Source: Histomonas meleagridis 2922-C6/04-290x
Lineage: Eukaryota; Protista; Parabasalia
DNA: 64,000 bases
Reading direction: 5' to 3'
Assembly (NCBI GenBank): GCA_020184695.1
Contig: JAANOX010000192.1
Location: 49,878 to 113,877 of the forward strand
Position 1 is the stretch's first letter; each line of letters starts with the position of its first letter. Below, in pieces: positions 1-9,767 of the stretch. Below the pieces are notes generated by a model that saw nothing but the letters and a program-made list of their open reading frames with translations, made no database searches and had not been told where the DNA came from. A program made the translations under genes and the position numbers.

Positions 1-656
1 CCTTAAAAAATATATGGTAAAGATTAATAATAACATTTAATTAATATTCTTATATCTATATAAGACAAAAACTTTGTAAATCTCTATTTAGATATAAAAA
101 CGACAATAAAAATATTGGGTGGATGCGACCAAATTTTTCTTTCATTTTTCAAGTAAAATTGTAAGCTTTCATACATCCAGCTGACCATGGTCTATATTAT
201 CATTGAATAGAACTCTATACTAAAAAAAAGCTTTTTATTGATGAACGCTCATCATTTTAGGAAAACAACAAGAAAAATGTGATAAGCTTTTACATATTCA
301 AAAATGCGTTAATTATATACAATAAATTAAAGTTATTTTCATAATAATTTACTTTTTGTTCAAACTTAATTTATCACAGATAAAAGCAGAACTACTCAAG
401 ACGCACACTTATTTGAAATTGAAATATCTTTCTTTTGATTTTTGAAAAAATATTGCATTTTTACCATAATATCTCCAAATTTCCAATATTATCTTTAATA
501 TAATTTATCATTTACTTTTAGTGTTTATGATTTGGATAAATTGGATTTATTCTAATAATCATATAATAGAAGAAACATAAAATTTTCTAAATAACAAAAA
601 TGTTTGTATTTATTTAATTAATAAACAAATTATAATTGTTCTTAAAATATGTTTAT

Positions 657-1880
657 TTATATCTGACTGATAAATTTTTCTTCTTTGAAATCGTCTGCAA
701 ATGGATCTTCTTCAATATTTGAGTTATTAATACCAACCGAAAAGGTATTATCTATTTCATTAATTTTATCGTTATTTTCATCTGAAATATTCATTTCTTC
801 TTCATTTTGTTTCCGCTTCTTATTTTGATATTTAATCATAAATATTATGATTATCATTATAAATACAATAATTATTACAATTACAATAACAATTATAATG
901 ATAATTAATGTATTATTATCATTAGTGTTTATTATTACATCTTCGATATAAGAAATATAAAAGAAATTAGAATAATAAGTAAAATATTCTGGATAATATA
1001 TTATAATTGTATAATTATAATATATAAAATCGACATAAATATATTTAGTTTCAGATTCAATGAAAGTAACTGAATAAGATTTTAAGAAAGTATAATAATA
1101 AATTGATAAAGTTTTTATAAACGATAAAGAATAAGTTAAAGTATAAGTGTTAACGAAAGTAAAATTCATCGAAAATGTATTAACATAAGTATTTGAATCA
1201 AAATTATTTTTTGATTTCGTAAATGTATTCGATTTGATAAACGTATTACTAATTGTGAATGTATTTAATTTGGTAAATGTATTTGAGTCAGTGGATGTGC
1301 GTGTTGGCGGGAGACATTCGTCAAGTGTTGTTCCCTTAGTAATTTCCATATTTCCAAATGTTTCATTTTGATATGTTTCTATCGTCATAACTCTTGTTGC
1401 TTTTATATTAACATATGCATTATTTTGTATTTCTGGTGAAATTTCTCCATTAAAATGAATACATTGAAGTGATGTACAATTAACAAATGCACATGAATTA
1501 ATATATTGAACATTTTCACCAATAAAAATTCTTTCTAAATTATTACAACTTGCAAAAGAATAATTCATAATAGAAATGACTGAATTAGGAATTGTAAATG
1601 TTTTACTTTTCATATTCGGATAACTAATAATTTGTGTAATTTCTTTATTATATAAAACGCCATCGTTTTCATAATTCGAATATCCAATGTTTTCTTCTGA
1701 AACATTAATAAATTGAAGTTTCGTACTTTCTAAAAATGGATTTCCAATCGAATAAACTGAACTTGGTATATAAATATTCACAAGGTTTTTACATCCTTTG
1801 AATGCATCTGAGCCAATATTTCGTACGCCTTCATATAATGTTATCGTTTCCTGGGTTCTAGAACTATATGAATTAATTGA
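657..1880 (-). pseudogene. 5'-truncated BspA-like (TpLRR) surface protein: a few LRRs, T/S/N-rich stalk, TM helix, acidic DPF-containing tail
   Basis: The frame is open from ~1880 (…ETITLYEGVRNIGSDAFKGCKNLVNIYIPSSVYSIG…; FTIPNSVISIMNYSFASCNNLERIFIGENV). An in-frame TAA lies at ~1885, the first in-frame ATG is at 1613, and there is no signal peptide. C-terminus: poly-Ile/Val TM, then KYQNKKRK and EEDPFADDFKEEKFISQI. Confidence 0.75.
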
Positions 1881-1989
1881 AGATTAACTTTCTTTTTTTA
1901 ACCTTGGATTTGCTTATAATCTTTTTTAATTAATTATTTATTCAATAATACCAAGTTTTTTATAAATAGCTTTCATGCATTTTTTTTTA

Positions 1990-4297
1990 TTATCTTTTTC
2001 TTCTTGATTTATTATTACTAATGTACTTCGGGGATACTTGTCTTCTTATTAAACCAACTATTTCTCTATAACCATTTCTAGACGCAAACATAAGTGCTGT
2101 CCAAAATAATTTAAATAATTTCCAAATATTATTTTGAAATAAAAAATTATTAAAATAAATATCAAATAAAACAAATAAATAGTTTTAGCATTAATGTCAA
2201 TTCCTTTTTGTTCAAGAAGGAATTTAACTGTTTCTGTATGACCATTTCTAGATGCACAAATAAGTGCTGTATTAAATATTTTTTATCATTTCCAAATATT
2301 ATATTTAAATCTTAAATTATTTAAATAAATATCAAATAAAACAAATAAATATCTTTAGCATTAATATCAATTCCTTCTTGTTCAAGAAGTATTTTAACTA
2401 TTTCTATATGACCATTTTCAGATGCAAAAATAAGTGATATTTGAAATAATTTAAATTATTTCCAAATATTATTTTGATATATCAAATTATTGAAATAAAT
2501 ATTAAATAAAACAAATAAATATTTTTAGCATTAATATCAATTCCTTCTTGTTCAAGAAGTAATTTAACGATTTCGATGTTACCAATTTCAGATGCAAAAA
2601 TAAGTGCTGTTTTATTATATATTTTAAATAATTTCCAAATATTATTTTGAAATATAAAATTATTAAAATATATATTATATAAATCAAATAAATACTTTTA
2701 ATATTTATATCAATTCCTTCTTGTTCAAGAAGTAGTTTAACTATTTCTATATGACCAATTAAAGATGCTCTAATAAGTGCTGTGTTAAATAATTGAAATA
2801 ATTTCCAAATATTTTTTAAAAATCCAAAATTATTAAAATAAATAATATCTTGAGCATTAATATCAATTCCTTCTTGTTCAAGAAGTAATTTAACTATTTC
2901 TGTATGTCCATTTTCAGATGCAAAAATAAGTGCTGTTTTAAATAATTTAAATTATTTTCAAATATTATTTTGAAAAATTGATATTAAATAAAACAAATAA
3001 ATATCTTTAGTATTAATATCAATTCCATCTTGCCCAAGAAGTAAATTAACTATTTCTATATTACCATTTTCAGATGCTTTCATAAGTTCCTTATTAAATG
3101 ATTTAAATAATTTCCAAATATAATTTTGAAATATCAAATTATTTTAATAAAACTCAAACAAATTCTTCAAACATTTTGTTTTAAGTCAATATATTTATGT
3201 TTTATAAGGTAATTAAACAGTTCTTTATTACCAGAAAAACTTGAAATCTCTGAAAAATTTATTTGTTTTGATATTTTATCTTGAAAATATTGGAAAACAA
3301 ATAAATTCCCATTAATGATTGATGCAATAAGAATCAATTGATCAGCTTGCATTCCTTCTTCTTCTAAAAATGAAAGAATATTATAATTGTCATACAAAAC
3401 ACATTTCTTCCCTAAAAATTGTAAATTATTATTAATATCCTTATGATTTTCATCCAAATAATAAAATATATCATTTTGATGTAATTCAATTGCTGCTTCA
3501 TATGCACCTTTAAAAGATGAATGATTTTGCTCACATAAATGAACTATTTCAATATTTCCACCTGCAACTGCATATTTACCTGTATTTAATACATTTGAAT
3601 TATTCATAAGTAAATATTTAAAACATTTAATTGATCCAAAAAATGCTGCATAATCAATTAATGTAACATTACTTTGGTTAATAAATGAACATCTTTCATA
3701 AAGTGATGGTTCAATTGTTTGATTAAAATCAAAATTTGTTTGTGATGATATCTCTTGAAGTTTTTCTATTTCATCATTTCGTATTATTTTTGCAATTGTA
3801 TTCGGATTAACTCCTTCTTTAATTAATTGCTTATGGAGTTCAATATTATTCTCTTTAAGTTCTTCTGTTTGCTTGTTAATATTTTCTTTTTCTGGGAAAT
3901 AATGCATAAAATATGAATTCTTTTTAGTTTGGATAATTTTTGGTTCAATTAATTCATCTTCAATCATTTTTTCTAGAAGATAATTTGATTCTTGACTATC
4001 AGTTGATAATAATATTTGTGTGAAGATGTTGATGATATTATAACTTGACTTTGCTTCAATTGTTTGTAAATACTTGAAACATAATTTTTCATAGCCACGT
4101 GATACAAAATATGAATAAATAATTCGACAAATGATATGTAGAAAAGAATATTGAAATTCTAAACAAATGTAATTTAATGAAGATTCAACTAATTGATCAA
4201 TATTATATTCATTTAAATCAAATATAATTTTTTCTAAATCTTGTAATATTTGAAGATTTCCTTTGTAAGTTGTTGTGTGACTTTGACTTCCCCCCAT
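1990..4297 (-). CDS. DUF3447-type ankyrin-repeat protein whose C-terminal ankyrin array is split by 7 intervening segments (~620 aa if they are removed)
   Basis: The ORF 4297-3167 carries the trichomonad ankyrin signature (IIRNDEIEKL…LIDYAAFFGSIKCFKYLL…YAVAGGNIEIVHL). It is followed by six stop-free 90-nt modules (TALxxASxNGHxEIVKLLLEQEGIDINAKD type) at 3092-3003, 2936-2847, 2783-2694, 2610-2521, 2440-2351 and 2270-2181, and a terminal module 2100-1990 ending …SRRKR-TAA. The N-terminus MGGSQS fits the MGxxxS myristoylation consensus. Confidence 0.8.
2101..3172 (-). repeat. Array of 7 conserved AT-rich intervening segments within ankyrin repeats
   Basis: Segments at 3172-3093 (80 nt), 3002-2937 (66), 2846-2784 (63), 2693-2611 (83), 2520-2441 (80), 2350-2271 (80) and 2180-2101 (80). 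Shared consensus: ATTTATTTGTTTTATTTGATATTTATTTTAATAATTTGATATTTCAAAATAATATTTGGAAATTATTTAAATTATTT-NNN. Confidence 0.9.
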
Positions 4298-5380
4298 ACG
4301 GAGAAAAACTTAGAAATTTGGAATAATGTTTTAGGGTACCCCAAATTAACGGTGTTCAAATTGAATTGTGCACAATAACAAAAAGTTAATTCAATTCAAA
4401 TTTCAGAATAAATTTTTTCATAAGTTTACATCAAATTTGCTCTGAAACGCCAACTTGAAGTGAGATAAGTTAGCTTATAATTTTTTCAATTTAAAATCAA
4501 TTCGATGTCAATTATCATTTTTTTTTAAGTTTTGCCAAAAAATTACAAGGTAAATTAAATCGAAAATGCTTCTTTCCTAATTGATATAAAAATGAATTCT
4601 CAATTATGATGAATAAAACATTTTCTGATTTACGAATGTATCCAGGATTTTCTCGTTTTTTGATGATATACAATGCTAATTTGCTTCATAGCAAAAGTTC
4701 TTAAGAACATTAACCAAACTATAAAAAGATGAATGTGCATTATTGCTAATTGATGTGACTATATCAAAATATTTTCTGAATGTGTAGTCACAATAACACC
4801 TGAAGGAATTTTAATTTTGAACAATTTCAAATGCATAATGAGCAATCATAAAATGATTTTGTCAGAATCATTCGAATTCAAATGAATGTCTATTGATAAT
4901 ATTTGTTACTTCAGAGACGAAATCTCAGTGATTTCGTTACTTAATGTTTACTTATACAATAAAAATGAAAAAATAAAATCAATTTTTCTTTTTGCGTAAG
5001 AAAATATCTAATCAATTTAACTATTGATTAAATAGTGATAACTGTATGAAATAAAGCATATTCACAACTATCAGCTTCCATTAAGATATCTGGATCATTT
5101 TATTATCAATCTTACATGTTCGATTAAATACTAAAGAAGTTCTGTCGAATATAATTCATAATTACTTCATTCATGTCAATACATAACATCTCATAAAAAC
5201 GTTAAACAAAGATATCATATCGATAAAATTTTATTGCAGGAGTAAAAGGTCTTCGAAAATAATTTTTATAATCTTTAACACTATCCATAAAATCATCACA
5301 AAATAATTTGATTTCCTCAAGCAATAGCAAAATTTCCCTGATATCCCGAAAATTCACCTTCTTTAGATATTGATTATAAT

Positions 5381-5575
5381 CGAATAGATCCAAAAAATAC
5401 TGTACAATTAATTAATGAAACATTCCGTTGAATAATAAATCAATATATTTCATAAATTGATGGTTTAATTGTTTGATTACATTTAAAATTAGTTTGTGCT
5501 AATATTTTAATTTCGAATTATAATTGCGCTTTCATTTGGATTAACTCTTTCGTTAATTATTTTCTTATGAAGTTC
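5381..5575 (-). pseudogene. Decayed internal fragment of a DUF3447/ankyrin paralogue
   Basis: The minus strand reads ELHKKIINERVNPNESAIIIRN / QTNFKCNQTIKPSIYEIY*FIIQRNVSLINCTVFFGSIR. This matches ELHKQLIKEGVNPNTIAKIIRN…QTNFDFNQTIEPSLYERCSFINQSNVTLIDYAAFFGSIK of the 4297 gene, with a deletion, a frameshift and a stop. Confidence 0.75.
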
Positions 5576-5974
5576 AAAATTTGCTCAGATCCTAATGGTG
5601 ATGTATGTTTTTCTATAAAGTCAATAGAGCTATAATTTAGTGATTTTGTTTTCTGTCATAAGATAAACACACGAATCATTTTATATTACTCACAATCAAA
5701 ATTGAAATTCGGTAAAAAAAATTATCTGTAAATTTAAAAACGCGTAATAAAGATTATAGAAAGTCTTAAAGAAATTACAATTTCATATGAACAATATAAA
5801 ATCTTATTGAAAGTTGGTATCAACCTAAAACGGCTTTTCATCATTCACAACTCTTTGAAGATTTTATTTATAACAGATAAACCTTCTGATCAAATCTAAA
5901 ATTTAAACAGTTATTTTTTAACAATTTTGTCTCAAAATATTGAATACATTTGAGCGCGATCTCAAGCATAAAAC

Positions 5975-8900
5975 ATGAAAAGATTTTGCCGTCTTTCGAT
6001 GCCTCTTGATTCAATTAAGAATATATCTTCTATATATTTTCAAGATGATTTTTGTTTTAGTTTTGGAGACAAAAAAGTATACTGTAATAAATTTATTGCT
6101 GATTTGATTTCACCAGAAGTTGAAAGCATTCATCGTTCTGATCAAACAGTCAATAACTTCGAAGTTGACTATGAAGGTAGTGATGGTGATATGCAACTTC
6201 TTTTATCAATGTTCACTAAAAATCATGCTGATATTCCCTCAGACAAAGTAAATGACATATTTGATCTTTGTCTTGCATTAGGGAATGCAACACTGGCGAG
6301 GCAATTACGTGGATTTATGAAAGATAATACAAAAGAAAACGAAGTATCAAAATCAGATTTATTTATTATAACAGTTCAAACATTATTAGAGCGGACATTT
6401 AAATTTGAAGTTTCACCAACTGACACCGTTCGTACCTTAAAAGAAAAGCTTCATGAACGGGAAGGATTTCCAATTGATTCCCAACGACTTTTATTTAAAG
6501 GCCGCGAAATCGATAACTGTTATACATTTGACGAATGCCAAATCAAAGCGAATTCGTTGGTCAACTTATTTTTCCGTAATTCATCACCAACCCATTCGAA
6601 TGGGCAAATTCAAATATCCATAAAATCATTAAAAGGACAAATCATAAAGATGAAAGTTATAATGGATGATACAGTTAGTAAATTAAAAGAACAAATTTCA
6701 TCGATAGATGGAGTACCGATTGAAAACCAAAAACTTTTTTATCGTGACACTGAATTAGATAACACTAAAACCTTAAAATTCTATAGAATCAGACGAAATG
6801 CGGAAGTTCAATTTCAATTTTCATATAATGGAACTCCGAAACAAATAATATTTACTAATCCATTTGATATAAACATAAATTCAACATATGATAACAAAAC
6901 AAATACATATAAAATGAATGTTAAATCTAATGATACGATTCAACACTTAAAACAACAAATATGTAAAACAACAAATATTTCGACTGAACTACAAGAACTT
7001 ATATTTTATGAATTTCATTTAGATGACACTAAAATAATCGGTGACTATGGTATTGAACCTGAGTCAACGATTATTTTAAACAAAGCAAAAGGAATTAAAG
7101 TTATAGTTGTATTTTTATCTGGAAAAAATGAATATGAAGTTACATTAAGAGATAAAGTCCGAAGTTTAAAGGAAAAAGTATCTAAGAAAACACAAATTCC
7201 AATCGAAAAACTTCGCCTTATTTATAATGGGGATATAATGATTGATGGAGAAGCATTAAAATTTTATCAAATTCAAAATGGTTCAATTATTCAAGCGTCA
7301 CAAAAAGTTGATAAATCATTAAATAAAGACATTATTAAAATAAAAATTAAAACATCAGATGATGAACATTATGATTTAGAAGTATCAAAAAATGATACAA
7401 TACAAAGTTTAAAGGAAAAAATTAATAAAATAGCAAAAATTCCATTTGAATTTCAACGACTTCTTTATAAGCAATGTCAATTAGAAGATAAAAACAAAAT
7501 AAATGATTATGATATTTCACCTAATTCTGTTGTTATTGTATATAATGATAATAAACAACAAGTTACATTAACAAATGGAAAACCATTTATAATCGAAATT
7601 AAAACTATCGAAGGAGAAGTTTATGAATTTGAAGTTACAGCAAATGATACAATACAAAGTTTAAAAGAACAAATAAAACAAAAAACAGATTTTCCAATTG
7701 AAGCACAACGTCTTATATATGATGAAAAAGAATTAGAAGATTCAGATAGACTTAAAGATTATTATATACTATCGTATTCAACAATTTATCTATTAATTCC
7801 ACTTGAAATGATGAAAATGAAAACATTTAAAATAAATGTTAAAACGTTAACTCCTTCTTCAATTAAAGAAACATATGAATTTGAAGTTACATTTGATGAA
7901 ACAATACAAAGTCTTAAAGAAAAAATATGCCAAAGAACAGAAATTTCAATAGAAAGACAACGACTAATTTATATATTAAAAGAATTAGAAAATTCACATA
8001 CACTTATTGATTATCATATTTTCCCTAATTCTGAATTAATATTAGACGTATTAAAGATAAATAATAATTATAATCCAACCGAAAAACAAGATAAACCAAT
8101 TCATTTGTATCTTAAAACACTTCAAGGAAGTTTTTATGAAAAGACTGTTCAACCAAATGATACAATACAAAGCTTGAAAATTAAAATGAATCAAACAAAC
8201 AAATATTTCATTAATAATGGAATAGCTATGAATAATACAGATACATTTAAAGATTATCATTTAAGTGATATGATATTTATATTAGATGATCCAAATGAAG
8301 ATATCCCAATTAAAATAGATTATGCACACAAGAAGAAATTTGTGATTAACGTTAAAATCGTAGATACAGTTTTAAATTTAAAGCAAAAAATTTCACAAAT
8401 TGAACATATTCCTGTTGAACAACAATGTTTATTCATGAATGATTTAATTTTGAAAGATTCTCGATTTCTTTGCAATTTTATTCAAGCTGAAACAGAAATA
8501 TTTTTAATTCAACAAAAAGAATATTTATTATTATCACATTCAACAAATACAAATTCATTTCCTATATATATAAAAACATTATGTGGATGTATTTTACCAT
8601 TTGAAGTATCATCAAATGATACTGTCGAAGACTTAAAACAAAAAATTTCTTTATGTACTTCAATTCCATCTGATCAAATGCGAGTTATTTATGCAGGTAA
8701 ATCTTTAGGAGATTATGAAACTTTTGGTGATTGTAATGTTACAAATGGCTCATTAATTCATTTTGTGACAAGACTTAGAGGTGGTAAACCAGTAATTTAT
8801 ATATATCCTAAAGAGAAAATGGATGTAAATGTTAAAGTTAACATCAAAGGTGACTTTACTTGTACATATCCAAAGTATAATAATGAAACAGGTTGGAATG

Positions 8901-9361
8901 TGAACGTGAATGAAAATGGTATTATGACTAACAAAGATAATCCAAACTCTATCGAATATGATAGTTTGTTCTGGGAATGTTTGTTTGATGATAATGAATT
9001 TAAGTTTGATGAAGGTTTTGTTGTGTCAAAAGATGACGCGGAAATGTTTTTGGAAGAGAAGTTATATTATTTGGGACTGAGGGGTAAAGAATTAATTAGT
9101 TTCATTCAGTTTTGGCTGCCGCAAATACAAAGAAGTGATTACACAATGGTTAAGTTCTTAAGTGAAGAATATGAAAACGTGGCACAACTCGAAGTGACGC
9201 CGAAGCCGGACTGCGTAATTAGAGTGTTCATGATAATGAAAAACTTAAGGAATAATAATAAAGTAGTGGAATTACCGGTGCAGAACTTGGAGAAGTTACA
9301 TAAAGAACGTAATGGATATTCAGTGATCGAATGGGGCGGCTCAATACTGTACGATGTTTAG
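5975..9361 (+). CDS. BTB-like N-terminus + ~10 tandem ubiquitin-like domains + C-terminal KPVIY(L/I)YP…EWGG domain
   Basis: 1128-aa ORF with repeated (I/V)KT…EV..NDT(I/V)..LK.KI….P…QRLI(Y/F)…LED…DY.I motifs. Only the last UBL ends in RLRGG, and it is followed directly by KPVIYIYP…YDSLFWE…FIQFWLPQI…VTPKPDCVIRVFM…VIEWGG. Confidence 0.85.
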   Translation: MKRFCRLSMPLDSIKNISSIYFQDDFCFSFGDKKVYCNKFIADLISPEVESIHRSDQTVNNFEVDYEGSDGDMQLLLSMFTKNHADIPSDKVNDIFDLCLALGNATLARQLRGFMKDNTKENEVSKSDLFIITVQTLLERTFKFEVSPTDTVRTLKEKLHEREGFPIDSQRLLFKGREIDNCYTFDECQIKANSLVNLFFRNSSPTHSNGQIQISIKSLKGQIIKMKVIMDDTVSKLKEQISSIDGVPIENQKLFYRDTELDNTKTLKFYRIRRNAEVQFQFSYNGTPKQIIFTNPFDININSTYDNKTNTYKMNVKSNDTIQHLKQQICKTTNISTELQELIFYEFHLDDTKIIGDYGIEPESTIILNKAKGIKVIVVFLSGKNEYEVTLRDKVRSLKEKVSKKTQIPIEKLRLIYNGDIMIDGEALKFYQIQNGSIIQASQKVDKSLNKDIIKIKIKTSDDEHYDLEVSKNDTIQSLKEKINKIAKIPFEFQRLLYKQCQLEDKNKINDYDISPNSVVIVYNDNKQQVTLTNGKPFIIEIKTIEGEVYEFEVTANDTIQSLKEQIKQKTDFPIEAQRLIYDEKELEDSDRLKDYYILSYSTIYLLIPLEMMKMKTFKINVKTLTPSSIKETYEFEVTFDETIQSLKEKICQRTEISIERQRLIYILKELENSHTLIDYHIFPNSELILDVLKINNNYNPTEKQDKPIHLYLKTLQGSFYEKTVQPNDTIQSLKIKMNQTNKYFINNGIAMNNTDTFKDYHLSDMIFILDDPNEDIPIKIDYAHKKKFVINVKIVDTVLNLKQKISQIEHIPVEQQCLFMNDLILKDSRFLCNFIQAETEIFLIQQKEYLLLSHSTNTNSFPIYIKTLCGCILPFEVSSNDTVEDLKQKISLCTSIPSDQMRVIYAGKSLGDYETFGDCNVTNGSLIHFVTRLRGGKPVIYIYPKEKMDVNVKVNIKGDFTCTYPKYNNETGWNVNVNENGIMTNKDNPNSIEYDSLFWECLFDDNEFKFDEGFVVSKDDAEMFLEEKLYYLGLRGKELISFIQFWLPQIQRSDYTMVKFLSEEYENVAQLEVTPKPDCVIRVFMIMKNLRNNNKVVELPVQNLEKLHKERNGYSVIEWGGSILYDV

Positions 9362-9634
9362 ATCAGGTTTCTTTCTGTTCTCTCCGATTTGTAAAAAGAG
9401 AATTTAACGGATTTAGTGGCATTTGAGTTGATTTTGATCGTATTTTTTTCTTCTTGTAAATTTAAATATGACAAATTTGTCACTTCATTTGATATCAAAA
9501 ATAACCGTAATAATAGGTTATTGAATGGTTGTAAAATAACATTTTGAAAGGCACAAACCGTCGTCATAAAATGAGTATTTTTGAACCAAAATATCCGAAT
9601 TTATTACAGGATGGTGAGTACCTTATGTGTAATT

Positions 9635-9684
9635 TGGAGGGGTTCAACTGGAGAGGCTGAAGGCCTTCTACCACAACTCCTCTA
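9635..9684. other. GC-rich intergenic hairpin (candidate structured RNA element)
   Basis: GAGGGGTT (9637-44) pairs with AACTCCTC (9675-82) with one G-U. Inner stems are TGG/CCA and AGAGGC/GCCTTCT. The segment is much more GC-rich than its flanks. Confidence 0.3.
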
Positions 9685-9767
9685 TTATTTTCGCACAGAA
9701 GACGGCTCATTGCAATGATTAAATTGGAGCATATCGTAGCGGTTTTTTGAATGCTTCTCAACCCAAA

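Noticed and set aside
2101-3172. CRISPR-like array (80-nt repeat / 90-nt spacer)
   Set aside because: The 'spacers' are mutually homologous ankyrin-coding modules, the repeats are too long, there are no cas genes, and the context is eukaryotic.
9614-9698. Canonical-looking GTGAGT…TTTTCGCACAG intron
   Set aside because: It lacks the trichomonad ACTAAC branch motif, and splicing gives only a ~20-aa peptide not joined to the C2 gene.
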